From an uncultured Actinomycetes bacterium (lineage in GTDB: Bacteria; Actinomycetota; Actinomycetes; S36-B12; UBA10799), in assembly GCA_964556255.1 (NCBI GenBank), contig CAZKVQ010000008.1, positions 1,798 through 65,797 of the forward strand: a stretch of 64,000 nt of DNA. The letters run 5' to 3'. Positions 51,095 to 59,522 of this stretch are shown here, piece after piece. The notes under the pieces are model-generated. The model ran no database searches, had not been told where the DNA came from, and saw only the letters and a list, made by a program, of their open reading frames with translations. The translations under genes and the position numbers were made by a program. Each line of letters begins with the position of its first letter. The first letter of the stretch is position 1.

Positions 51095-52099
51095 GTGAGG
51101 ACATCGAGAGAAGTGGCACACGGCTACGAGATCGCCGACGCTGAGCTGCAGCGACGCCTCGACGACCGTCTCGCCGTTGTGGAGCAGATGCTCCGCGAGA
51201 GTGTGAAGAGCCACTACCCGTTCGTCACGGAGACCTCCCGACACCTCGTCGATGCCGGCGGAAAGCGGTTCCGGCCGATGCTGGTTCTGATGGCTGCAGA
51301 GTTCGGGGACGCCCAGGCGGCCCAGGTGCTGCAATCGGCGGTCGTCGTCGAGCTGACCCACCTGGCAACCCTGTACCACGACGATGTGATGGATGAGGCC
51401 ATGCGGAGGCGCGGCGTCGACTCAGCGAACGCACGCTGGGACAACACCGTGGCCATCCTGACCGGTGACTTCCTGTTCTCCCGAGCCTCTGACATCCTCG
51501 CCGACCTGGGTCCGGAAGCGGTGCGGATCCAGGCCCGAACGTTCGAACGGCTCGTGGTCGGGCAGATCAAGGAGACTGTGGGGGCCCCGGAGGGCGGTGA
51601 CCCGGTCGCACACCACATCAGCGTGCTCGAGGACAAGACCGGCTCCCTCATCGCCACCTCGGGACGGTTCGGCGCGATGTTCGCAGGCTGCGACGAGGCC
51701 ATCGTGGAAACCCTCACCCTGTTCGGCGAACGCATCGGAGTGGCCTTCCAGCTGGCGGATGACCTGGTCGATCTGACCAGTGAAGATGGCACCTCCGGTA
51801 AGACCCAGGGCACTGACCTCCGCGAGGGGGTTCTCACCCTGCCGGCGTTGTTGGCGCTGGCCGGTGATGCACCTGCCGACGGACGTCTGCGCGAACTGCT
51901 GTCACGGCCGCTGCCCGATGACGGGGATCACGCGGAGGCGCTGGCGCTGCTGCTGTCCCATGAAGCGGTGGCCCAGGCACGCCTGGAGGCCCGGCGCTGG
52001 GCTGACGCCGCACGAGACACCCTGCGGGCGCTGCCCGGCATCCCAGCGAGGGACGCGCTGGAGCAGCTCTGCGATTACGTGGTGACCCGCACCGCCTGA
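51095..52099 (+). CDS. Polyprenyl diphosphate synthase (menaquinone side-chain, HepT/GrcC-like)
   Basis: Trans-isoprenyl diphosphate synthase Asp-rich motifs LYHDDVMDE and FQLADDLVD, plus GKRFRP. Confidence 0.9.
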   Translation: MRTSREVAHGYEIADAELQRRLDDRLAVVEQMLRESVKSHYPFVTETSRHLVDAGGKRFRPMLVLMAAEFGDAQAAQVLQSAVVVELTHLATLYHDDVMDEAMRRRGVDSANARWDNTVAILTGDFLFSRASDILADLGPEAVRIQARTFERLVVGQIKETVGAPEGGDPVAHHISVLEDKTGSLIATSGRFGAMFAGCDEAIVETLTLFGERIGVAFQLADDLVDLTSEDGTSGKTQGTDLREGVLTLPALLALAGDAPADGRLRELLSRPLPDDGDHAEALALLLSHEAVAQARLEARRWADAARDTLRALPGIPARDALEQLCDYVVTRTA

Positions 52100-52210
52100 C
52101 CCGCAGGATGCGGTGCCGAGCTGGCTGCGAGCGGCGCCTGTCCCGACCTGCGGGCCGCGCCTGATGGCCTCCCGGCCCTCAGGCCTCGTCGTGGTCGCAC
52201 ACCGTCTCAG

Positions 52211-53440
52211 TCAGTATCCGAGCAGTTTGGCCGCCAGGTCGGTCATGACCTCGGTGGCGCCGCCCCCGATGCCCAGCACCCGGGCATCCCGGTAGTGCAT
52301 CTCCACCTCGGCATCGCGGAGGAAGCCGAAGCCGCCGTGCAACTGCACGGCCCGGTCCACCACGAAGTCGCACGCCTGAACCGCGGTCGTCTTCGCAAGT
52401 GCGGCGCCGAGCAGGTCATCCTCGCCATCGGCGACCTTGGCCGCGACGCTGCGGGTATAGGTCCGGGCCACGTCGATCTGACGGTACATCTCGACCAGGT
52501 CGTGGCGGACCACCTGGCGACCAACCAGTGGTCGACCGAAGGTCTGCCGCTCGCGGGTCCAGGCGAGCGTGAGATCCAAACAGCGTGCCGCGGTCGCGTA
52601 CGCCGTCACAGCCAGCGAGATCCGCTCCACGGCGAAGTGCCGGGCCAGTGAAGCAAACCCTTCGCCGGGGCCGGGGGTTAGTAGCGACCAGGCCGGCACG
52701 GTCACGGCGGTCAGTGCCAACTCCGCGGTGTCGCTGCAGTGCCAACCCATCTTCTGCATCCTGCTCACCACGGTGAATCCGGGCGTATCGGTGGGGACGA
52801 CGAACAGGGCCACTCCTGCCGCGCCGGGTCCGAACGCCCGGGCGGCGACCACTGCGTAGTCGGCGCGTGCCCCCGAGGTGATGTAGGCCTTGGCTCCGAG
52901 GAGCCGCCAGCCGGTCGTTGTCCCGGAGTCATCCACGATCGGCTCCGCGGTGGTTCGCAGGCCGCCCACGTCGGAGCCACCGTCCGGTTCGGTCACTGCC
53001 AGGCACGTGATCGCCCGGCCCGTCAGCGTCGGGCGGATGACGGCGTCGATCAGGTGTTCAGCGCCGACGTCATCGCCAGCGGCCAGGCGGCGCCGGGCCG
53101 CGTCGACGACGTGGGGGATGGAGATCCCGTGGGTGAACAGGGCCGAGATGAGACCCCCGGAGCCACCGTTGGCCAGCACCTGCTCGGTCATGACAACTAC
53201 GTCGCGAAGGTCACCTCCGCTGCCACCGAACTCCTCGGGGTAGCTCAGGCCGAGCAGCCCCAGGTCACCCGCTCGCCTGCTGAGGCTCCGAGGGAGCTCG
53301 CCGGCTTCCTCCCAGGCTCGCAGGTTCGGGGCGATCTCGTTGGCCGTGAAGTCAGCCGTCAACTCGGCGAGGGATCGTCGTTCGGCCGACTCGTAGTCGT
53401 CCGAAGTGGCGGATTGATCGCTGGTGGCCGAAGTCGTCAT
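52211..53440 (-). CDS. Acyl-CoA dehydrogenase family protein
   Basis: 409 aa with the ACAD three-domain pattern (ITSG..., QLHGGFGF..., IGGGATEVM). Confidence 0.85.
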   Translation of the reverse strand: MTTSATSDQSATSDDYESAERRSLAELTADFTANEIAPNLRAWEEAGELPRSLSRRAGDLGLLGLSYPEEFGGSGGDLRDVVVMTEQVLANGGSGGLISALFTHGISIPHVVDAARRRLAAGDDVGAEHLIDAVIRPTLTGRAITCLAVTEPDGGSDVGGLRTTAEPIVDDSGTTTGWRLLGAKAYITSGARADYAVVAARAFGPGAAGVALFVVPTDTPGFTVVSRMQKMGWHCSDTAELALTAVTVPAWSLLTPGPGEGFASLARHFAVERISLAVTAYATAARCLDLTLAWTRERQTFGRPLVGRQVVRHDLVEMYRQIDVARTYTRSVAAKVADGEDDLLGAALAKTTAVQACDFVVDRAVQLHGGFGFLRDAEVEMHYRDARVLGIGGGATEVMTDLAAKLLGY

Positions 53441-54339
53441 AGGTCAACAGTAGGAGGGGCCTTGGCGTGACGAAACGCGTCCACGCTGAAGACCGTCAGT
53501 GAAATCCAGATCATGACGAATCCGATCCACGCCAGGCCGGACATGGTCTCGTCGAAGACGAAGATGCCCAGCAGGAACTGCAAAACCGGGGTCAGATACT
53601 GCAGCAGACCCAGGCTGCTCAGCGGGATCCGAATCGCGGCAGCGCCGAACGCCAGCAACGGGAGGGCGGTCACGACACCCGACACCGCGAACAATGCCGC
53701 TTGGCCGGGTGAGTCGTCGAAATGGCCATCCAGGCCCATGACCAGTAGGAAGCCCAGCGCCACCGGTGCCAGGAACAGACTCTCGACGGTGAGGCTGGGC
53801 ACAGCCGCGACGTTGGCCAACTTCTTCAGCAGTCCATAGGTGGCGAAAGTGCTGGCGAGGAGGAGGGCGAGCCACGGTGGGTGTCCGTATCCCAGCGTCA
53901 GGACGGCCACGGCCGCCCCTGCCAGGGAAACCGCCAGCCACTGCGCCCCGCGGAGGCGTTCCTTGAGGGCCAACACCCCGATCAGCACGGAGACCAGCGG
54001 GTTGATGAAGTAGCCCAGCGAGGCCTCCACGACGTGACCGGAGATAACGGCCCAGATGTAGCCGGTCCAGTTGCACGCCACCAGCAGGCTGGCGCCGAGC
54101 AGGAGCCAACGCGTCCGTGGTTCGACCAAGGTGGCGCGCACCGTGGCCCAGCCACGTGTGATGGTGATGACCAGCGACAGGAACACCAGCGACCAGAGGC
54201 TGCGGTGCGCGACGATCTCCACCGGCCCTGCCGGCTCCAGCAACGGCCAGAACAGTGGGAAGAGGCCCCAGATCCCGTATGCAAGCAGGCCGAATCCGAG
54301 TCCCGCCAACGCCTGCGTCGAACGGCCGCGGGTCCTCAC
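53437..54339 (-). CDS. rarD: EamA/RarD-family transporter
   Basis: Ten-TM DMT-superfamily protein with N-terminal GLLAYGIWGLFPLFW typical of RarD. 4-nt overlap with the downstream ACAD gene. Confidence 0.8.
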   Translation of the reverse strand: MRTRGRSTQALAGLGFGLLAYGIWGLFPLFWPLLEPAGPVEIVAHRSLWSLVFLSLVITITRGWATVRATLVEPRTRWLLLGASLLVACNWTGYIWAVISGHVVEASLGYFINPLVSVLIGVLALKERLRGAQWLAVSLAGAAVAVLTLGYGHPPWLALLLASTFATYGLLKKLANVAAVPSLTVESLFLAPVALGFLLVMGLDGHFDDSPGQAALFAVSGVVTALPLLAFGAAAIRIPLSSLGLLQYLTPVLQFLLGIFVFDETMSGLAWIGFVMIWISLTVFSVDAFRHAKAPPTVDL

Positions 54340-54350
54340 GGGATCACTGG

Positions 54351-55358
54351 TCAGTCGATGGTCCAGGTGTCGTGGCCGTCGAGCAGCCCAGCGAGATCCG
54401 CGGAAACGTCCTGGGCGTCGGCGAGTTGGGCCTGGAATCCCTCGATGTAGTTCGGGCGATCGACGTCCCGGAAGACCCCGATCGAGGTGTTGGCGAGAGT
54501 CACCGGGTCGGCCAGTTCGGAAAGGGCGAAGGCGCCCAGCGGTGATTCGGCCCCGGGATCATGGACCATGATCTCGGCCGGGTCCACGGAATCCGTGGGC
54601 ACCACCTTGAGCCCACAACCGCCGTCGCGCACCACCGCTCGGCTACCGCCGGCCAAGGTGATCGGTTGACCCGCCTCGAGTCGGATCAGGGCGCCGTCGC
54701 GGGTGTCGGGGTTCTTCAACACCTCGAAGGCGTCGTCGTTGAAGATGTTGCAGTTCTGGTAGATCTCCACCAGTGAGGCACCCTTGTGGGCGGCGGCCGC
54801 GCGCAGCACCGACGTCAGGTGGGCGCGGTCGGAATCTATCGTCCGGGCGACGAACGTGGCTTCGGCGCCGAGGGCGAGGGTCACGGGGTTGAAAGGTCGG
54901 TCGATGGAACCCATCGGGGTGGACTTGGTGACCTTGCCGATCTCGGAGGTGGGCGAGTACTGGCCCTTGGTCAACCCGTAGATGCGGTTGTTGAACAGCA
55001 GAATGGTGATGTTGACGTTTCGCCGCAAGGCATGGATCAGGTGGTTGCCGCCGATACTGAGCGCATCCCCGTCTCCCGTCACAACCCAGACGTCGAGGTC
55101 GGGGCGGCTGACGGCCAGCCCGGTCGCGATGGCCGGGGCTCGGCCATGGATCGAGTGCATCCCGTAGGTGGTGAGGTAGTAGGGGAAGCGGGAAGAGCAC
55201 CCGATGCCGGAGACGAACACGATGTCCTCGCGTCGCCGACCGAGCTCCGGCAGGAATCCCTGCACCGCTGCCAGAATCGCATAGTCTCCGCAGCCGGGGC
55301 ACCACCGCACTTCCTGATCGCTCTTGAAGTCCTTGGCCTTCAGCGCCAGTTCGGTCAT
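54351..55358 (-). CDS. korB: 2-oxoglutarate/2-oxoacid:ferredoxin oxidoreductase subunit beta
   Basis: RWCPGCGDY and the ThDP-binding VVTGDGDALSIGGNH. Confidence 0.92.
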   Translation of the reverse strand: MTELALKAKDFKSDQEVRWCPGCGDYAILAAVQGFLPELGRRREDIVFVSGIGCSSRFPYYLTTYGMHSIHGRAPAIATGLAVSRPDLDVWVVTGDGDALSIGGNHLIHALRRNVNITILLFNNRIYGLTKGQYSPTSEIGKVTKSTPMGSIDRPFNPVTLALGAEATFVARTIDSDRAHLTSVLRAAAAHKGASLVEIYQNCNIFNDDAFEVLKNPDTRDGALIRLEAGQPITLAGGSRAVVRDGGCGLKVVPTDSVDPAEIMVHDPGAESPLGAFALSELADPVTLANTSIGVFRDVDRPNYIEGFQAQLADAQDVSADLAGLLDGHDTWTID

Positions 55359-57205
55359 GCGCCGATCTCCTTCTCGATGACGAGTTGCAGTTCATCGGCC
55401 TTGAACGGCTTGCCCTGCACCTTGGTGATGCTCTGGATGTCGACCAGGTACTTGGCGCGAAGCAGCAGTGCCAACTGGCCGCTGTTCATCTCCGGTACGA
55501 CCACCCGCCGATAGGACCGCAGTACCTCTCCGGTGTTCGCCGGAAATGGATTCAGATGGCGCAGATGCGCCTGGGCCACGGGCAGCCCCGCCTCCCTCAC
55601 CTGTCTGACGGCGGCGCCGATCGGTCCGAAGGTCGATCCCCAGCCGAGGACGAGGACCTCGGCGTCCGGGTCGGCGTCTACCGCCAGATCGGGCACGTCG
55701 ATGCCATCTATCTTGGCCTGCCGAAGTTGGACCATCCGCTCATGGTTCGCGGAGTCATAGGAGATGTGTCCGATACCATCTGCCTTCTCAATGCCGCCGA
55801 TGCGGTGCTCCAGGCCCGGGGTACCCGGGACCGCCCACGGTCGGGCCAGGGTCTTGGGGTCCCGCAGGTAGGGCCAGAACTCCTTGCTGCCGTCCTCGGC
55901 AGTGTGGTTCGGCTCGGTGGCGAAGGAGACCGCAAGGTCGGGAAGCGAATCGACATCCGGGATGCGCCAAGGTTGCGAACCGTTGGCGAGGTAGCCGTCG
56001 GAGAGCAGGATGACCGGCGTCCGATAGGTGGTGGCTATCCGTGCCACCTCCAGCGCGGCGTCGAAGCAGTCGGCCGGCGACTGCGGCGCGACGATCGGCA
56101 CCGGCGATTCACCGTTGCGACCGAACATGGCCTGCAGCAGGTCGGACTGTTCGGTCTTGGTGGGAAGTCCGGTGGACGGACCGCCACGTTGCACGTCCAC
56201 GACGATCAGGGGGAGTTCCATCGAGACTGCGAGTCCGATGGTCTCGGACTTCAGGGACAGGCCGGGTCCTGAGGTTGTGGTGACGCCCAGCGCGCCGCCG
56301 AACGAGGCCCCCAGCGCAGCGCCGATTCCGGCGATCTCATCCTCGGCCTGGAAAGTCTGCACCCCGAAGTTCTTGTGCTTGCTCAATTCGTGCAGGATGT
56401 CGCTGGCCGGGGTGATCGGGTAGCTGGCCAGGAACAGCGGGAGGCGCGTCTGCCGGGCCGCGGCGATGAGCCCGTAGGACAGCGCCAGATTGCCGCTGAT
56501 GTTTCGGTAGCGGCCGGGGGCGAGTCGGGCTGGGGCGATCTCGTACTGGACCGAGAAGTCCTCCGTCGTGTCGCCGTAGTTCCAGCCGGCATGCAGTGCG
56601 GCGAGATTGGCCTTGAGGATCTCGGGCTTTCGGGCGAACTTCTGGTTCAGGAACTCCTCGGTTCCCACCAACTCTCGCTGGTAGAGCCAAGAGAGCAGTC
56701 CGAGGGCGAACATGTTCTTCGCCCGCTCGGCATCCTTCTTGCCGATGTCGAAGCCTTCAAGGGAGCGCACCGTCATCGACGTCAGAGGTACCGGGTGCAG
56801 GGCGTAGTCGGCCAGTGAGTCGTCCTCCAGCGGACTTACCTGATAGCCGACCTTGGCCAGGTTGCGCTTACTGAACTCATCCGTGTTGACGATGATGTCG
56901 GCGCCGCGGGGCAGGTCGTGCAGGTTGGCCTTGAGAGCGGCTGGGTTCATCGCCACCAACACGTTTGGGGCGTCGCCCGGGGTGAGGATGTCGTGGTCGG
57001 CGAAGTGGAGTTGGAAAGCGCTGACTCCCGGCAGGGTCCCGGCTGGCGCCCTGATCTCGGCTGGGAAGTCGGGCAGCGTGGACAGATCGTTGCCGAACGA
57101 CGCCGTTGCTGAGGTGAAGCGATCCCCGGTGAGCTGCATTCCGTCGCCGCTGTCGCCGGCGAAACGGATGATTACTCGATCGACCTTGACGGTCTTCTTA
57201 GCCAT
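55355..57205 (-). CDS. korA: 2-oxoglutarate/2-oxoacid:ferredoxin oxidoreductase subunit alpha
   Basis: 616 aa with the KorA/OorA-type fused alpha/gamma domain pattern (FAGDSGDGMQLTG, YPITPASD, GGPSTGLPTK). 4-nt overlap with korB. Confidence 0.92.
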   Translation of the reverse strand: MAKKTVKVDRVIIRFAGDSGDGMQLTGDRFTSATASFGNDLSTLPDFPAEIRAPAGTLPGVSAFQLHFADHDILTPGDAPNVLVAMNPAALKANLHDLPRGADIIVNTDEFSKRNLAKVGYQVSPLEDDSLADYALHPVPLTSMTVRSLEGFDIGKKDAERAKNMFALGLLSWLYQRELVGTEEFLNQKFARKPEILKANLAALHAGWNYGDTTEDFSVQYEIAPARLAPGRYRNISGNLALSYGLIAAARQTRLPLFLASYPITPASDILHELSKHKNFGVQTFQAEDEIAGIGAALGASFGGALGVTTTSGPGLSLKSETIGLAVSMELPLIVVDVQRGGPSTGLPTKTEQSDLLQAMFGRNGESPVPIVAPQSPADCFDAALEVARIATTYRTPVILLSDGYLANGSQPWRIPDVDSLPDLAVSFATEPNHTAEDGSKEFWPYLRDPKTLARPWAVPGTPGLEHRIGGIEKADGIGHISYDSANHERMVQLRQAKIDGIDVPDLAVDADPDAEVLVLGWGSTFGPIGAAVRQVREAGLPVAQAHLRHLNPFPANTGEVLRSYRRVVVPEMNSGQLALLLRAKYLVDIQSITKVQGKPFKADELQLVIEKEIGA

Positions 57206-57349
57206 GTGACCTCACGACTTCAATGCGCGAGCCGCGGCGCTACGGGCGGTGTTCCGTGGCGGACGCGACGACGGGAGGCTGGACGCATCGCCTGGCCCGT
57301 CCTTCCATTGTAAGGCTGAGCGGACTGGGCCGATGCGCCTGGGACGGCT

Positions 57350-57895
57350 ATGGTTCGCGGTGTGTCGCGGGAAAACTCCTCGGTCCCAACTGTCGCCGGC
57401 GCCGAGTCGCTGATGGTCGACGGCTTCCCCGTCGTGCTGCATCCGCTGGGCCTTGCCTGCTGTGCGGTGGAGGCCGCCGGTGGAGTCGCCGCCCTGGCCG
57501 CTGCGAGTGCTGCGGAGGCGATGGCGGACCCGGCCACCGAACGACACGACCTTCCGACCCTGCATGTGCTGCTGGTGGCGGGCACCGTGACGAGGGCCCT
57601 CGCGCCCGAGGTGAGCACGGTCTGGGGCAACCTGCCGGCCCCGAAAGTGGCGGTCGCCTTCGGTGCGTGCACGATCTCGGGAGGGCCCTACTGGGATTCC
57701 TACGCCGTGGCCCCGGGACTTGCCGGCATCGTGGACGCGCAGGTCTTCGTGCCCGGGTGCCCACCTGCGCCCGCGGCTTTGGTGGCGGGGGTGCAGCGAG
57801 CGGTGCGGGAGTTCGCGGCCGGGACGGCGCAGCAGCCGAGGGCGGACATCGATGGATGGACCGGGAAGCCTGACCGGGGGACGGCCGCCTCGTGA
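57350..57895 (+). CDS. Divergent NuoB-like (complex I 20-kDa/[NiFe]-hydrogenase small-subunit-like) Fe-S protein, orphan paralogue
   Basis: Retains all four N2-type Cys (GLACCAVE, GACTISGGPY, VPGCPP), alignable by eye with the canonical NuoB at 35716. High GC3. An alternative start lies at ATG 57413. Confidence 0.8.
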   Translation: MVRGVSRENSSVPTVAGAESLMVDGFPVVLHPLGLACCAVEAAGGVAALAAASAAEAMADPATERHDLPTLHVLLVAGTVTRALAPEVSTVWGNLPAPKVAVAFGACTISGGPYWDSYAVAPGLAGIVDAQVFVPGCPPAPAALVAGVQRAVREFAAGTAQQPRADIDGWTGKPDRGTAAS

Positions 57896-58497
57896 GCGGG
57901 GAAGTCGATGACGGTGCCGCCCGCGGTCGCGGCGCGCTGGTGGATGCCATCGCCGCCGCGGTGGATGCTGCCACGTCGGATGCCTACGGGACCATCTGCC
58001 TGGACGTCTCGCCACCCGACTGGTCCTCCGCCCTGCTCGCCGCGGCCCGGGTCGGTGCCCGACTCGATTGGCTGGGCGGAGTGGATGTGGGATCCCCCTC
58101 GGGTGTCGAGCGCGAAGCGGACGCCGAGGAGTCGCCGAGCCCGGCGGTCGAGGTGGTCACACTGTTGTTGACCGATGAAAGCGCCGTGCTCCTGAGAACG
58201 CGAGTCGCGCCGGGATCGGCCCTCGACTCGGCCACTTCGCTGTTCCCCGGTGCCGCATGGCACGAGCGGGAGACCGCCGAGATGCTGGGGGTCGACTTCG
58301 GCGGCGGGTCCGAGGATCGACTGCTGCTTCCGCCAACGACGTCCGGCTACCCGCTACGCCGGGACTTCCCGTTGTCCGCCCGAACGTCGAAGCCGTGGCC
58401 GGGAGCCGCCGATGTCACCAATCGGCGCCGACGTGGCAAGGTCCCGGGCGTCAACCCGGAGTGGCTCGACGCCGGTGCTGCGGAGGCCTCATCGTGA
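57892..58497 (+). CDS. Divergent NuoC-like (complex I 30-kDa subunit-like) protein, orphan paralogue
   Basis: AAWHERETAEMLGVDF...YPLRRDFPL aligns by eye with canonical [16 protein letters not shown]...[13 protein letters not shown] overlap with the upstream gene. Confidence 0.75.
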   Translation: MSGEVDDGAARGRGALVDAIAAAVDAATSDAYGTICLDVSPPDWSSALLAAARVGARLDWLGGVDVGSPSGVEREADAEESPSPAVEVVTLLLTDESAVLLRTRVAPGSALDSATSLFPGAAWHERETAEMLGVDFGGGSEDRLLLPPTTSGYPLRRDFPLSARTSKPWPGAADVTNRRRRGKVPGVNPEWLDAGAAEASS

Positions 58498-58826
58498 CGG
58501 GTCGTCATGGGGCTATCGCGCTTGACCCGGAGGCCTGCACCAGCTGCAATCTCTGCGTGGTGGAGTGCCCTGCGTGGTGCATCCAGCTGACCGCGCACAA
58601 CGAGCAGGTCGACGCGGGGCGCCGAGGCAAGACGGTGAAGGTTCTCGACGACTTCACCATCGATTTCGGACTCTGCATGTTCTGTGGGATCTGCGTGGAT
58701 GTGTGTCCGTTCGACGCCCTCCAATGGGTGCCCGAAGATCCGCCACCCACCGGCGCCGCCGCGGCGCTCGTCGAAGGAGTAGTCGAACTCGCGGCCCGCT
58801 GGCCTCCGAAGGACAGCGCTGGCTGA
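58494..58826 (+). CDS. NuoI-like 2x[4Fe-4S] ferredoxin-type protein, orphan paralogue
   Basis: CTSCNLCVVECP and CMFCGICVDVCP with NuoI-like spacing. 110 aa, shorter than canonical NuoI at both ends. GTG 58494 overlaps the upstream stop codon; the track ORF starts at 58257. Confidence 0.75.
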   Translation: MTGRHGAIALDPEACTSCNLCVVECPAWCIQLTAHNEQVDAGRRGKTVKVLDDFTIDFGLCMFCGICVDVCPFDALQWVPEDPPPTGAAAALVEGVVELAARWPPKDSAG

Positions 58827-58884
58827 GGCCGTCGGCGTACCCGAAGGGCCAGCGGGCAAGGTGCAGCAGGAGTCGGGGCCGACC

Positions 58885-59376
58885 TCAGCGGTAGTTCACG
58901 AACTGGGTCGCGAAGTCGAGGTCGGCGGCTTTCACCAGTGCGATCACCTCTTGCAGGGCGTCCCGCGACTTCGCCGACACCCGTAGTTCCTCGCCCATCA
59001 CCTGCGTCCTGATGCCTTTGGGGCCTTCGTCGCGGATGAGCTTGGCCACCTTCTTGGCCTGCTCCTGTGTGATTCCGCTGGCGAAGGAGCAGTTGATTTT
59101 GTACTCCTTGCCTGAGGATCGGGGCTCACCGGCGTCCAGCGCTTTCAGGGACACGCCGCGCTTGACCAGTTTGTCCCGGAAGACATCCAGTGCCGCGACT
59201 GCCCGTTCCTCGGTACCCGAGGTGATCTCAGCGCCGAGTTCGCCCTGCCAGGCGATGGAAGTGCCGGTGTTCTTGAAGTCGTAGCGTTGGGACAGCTCCT
59301 TGGCTGCCTGGTTCAGGGCGTTGTCGACCTCTTGGCGGTCGACCTTGCTGACGATGTCGAAACTGCTGTCGGCCAT
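58885..59376 (-). CDS. yajQ: YajQ-family nucleotide (cyclic-di-GMP)-binding protein
   Basis: [35 protein letters not shown] is the UPF0234/YajQ signature. AAGGAG lies upstream of the ATG. Confidence 0.9.
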   Translation of the reverse strand: MADSSFDIVSKVDRQEVDNALNQAAKELSQRYDFKNTGTSIAWQGELGAEITSGTEERAVAALDVFRDKLVKRGVSLKALDAGEPRSSGKEYKINCSFASGITQEQAKKVAKLIRDEGPKGIRTQVMGEELRVSAKSRDALQEVIALVKAADLDFATQFVNYR

Positions 59377-59384
59377 GGGACTCC

Positions 59385-59413
59385 TTCAACTGTTGATCGG
59401 GTACGGCTATATT
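59385..59413 (+). promoter_or_regulatory. Candidate tRNA-Tyr promoter (TTCAAC-17 bp-TATATT)
   Basis: The hexamers were read directly. The -10 element ends 17 nt before the mature tRNA 5' end. Prediction only. Confidence 0.35.
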
Positions 59414-59430
59414 CTTGTTGCAACACCATA

Positions 59431-59515
59431 GGCGGGTTGCCCGAGCGGCCAATGGGAGCGGACTGTAAATCCGTCGGCTTTGCCTTCGAAGGTTCGAATC
59501 CTTCACCCGCCACCA
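59431..59515 (+). tRNA. tRNA-Tyr: tRNA-Tyr (anticodon GTA), class II with long variable arm, CCA encoded
   Basis: Hand-folded. Acceptor stem GGCGGGT/ACCCGCC and D-stem CCCG/TGGG. Anticodon stem GCGGA/TCCGT with loop CTGTAAA. Variable arm GGC-TTT-GCC. T-arm GAAGG-TTCGAAT-CCTTC. Discriminator A followed by CCA. Confidence 0.93.
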
Positions 59516-59522
59516 TTGCGTG

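Noticed and set aside
57212-58015. 267-aa minus-strand ORF, and sibling frames at 57220-57974, across the korA/NuoB-like divergent region
   Set aside because: The translations are extremely Arg/Pro-rich (RRHPTWQHPPRRRW...). They overlap the NuoB-like gene, which has conserved Fe-S cysteine motifs, so they are judged non-coding.
57350-58826. Reading the NuoB/C/I-like trio as decayed pseudogene remnants of a second nuo operon
   Set aside because: All three frames are intact, keep their cluster-ligating cysteines and signature motifs, have high GC3, and are joined by GTGA coupling overlaps. That pattern argues for maintained function, although expression is untested.
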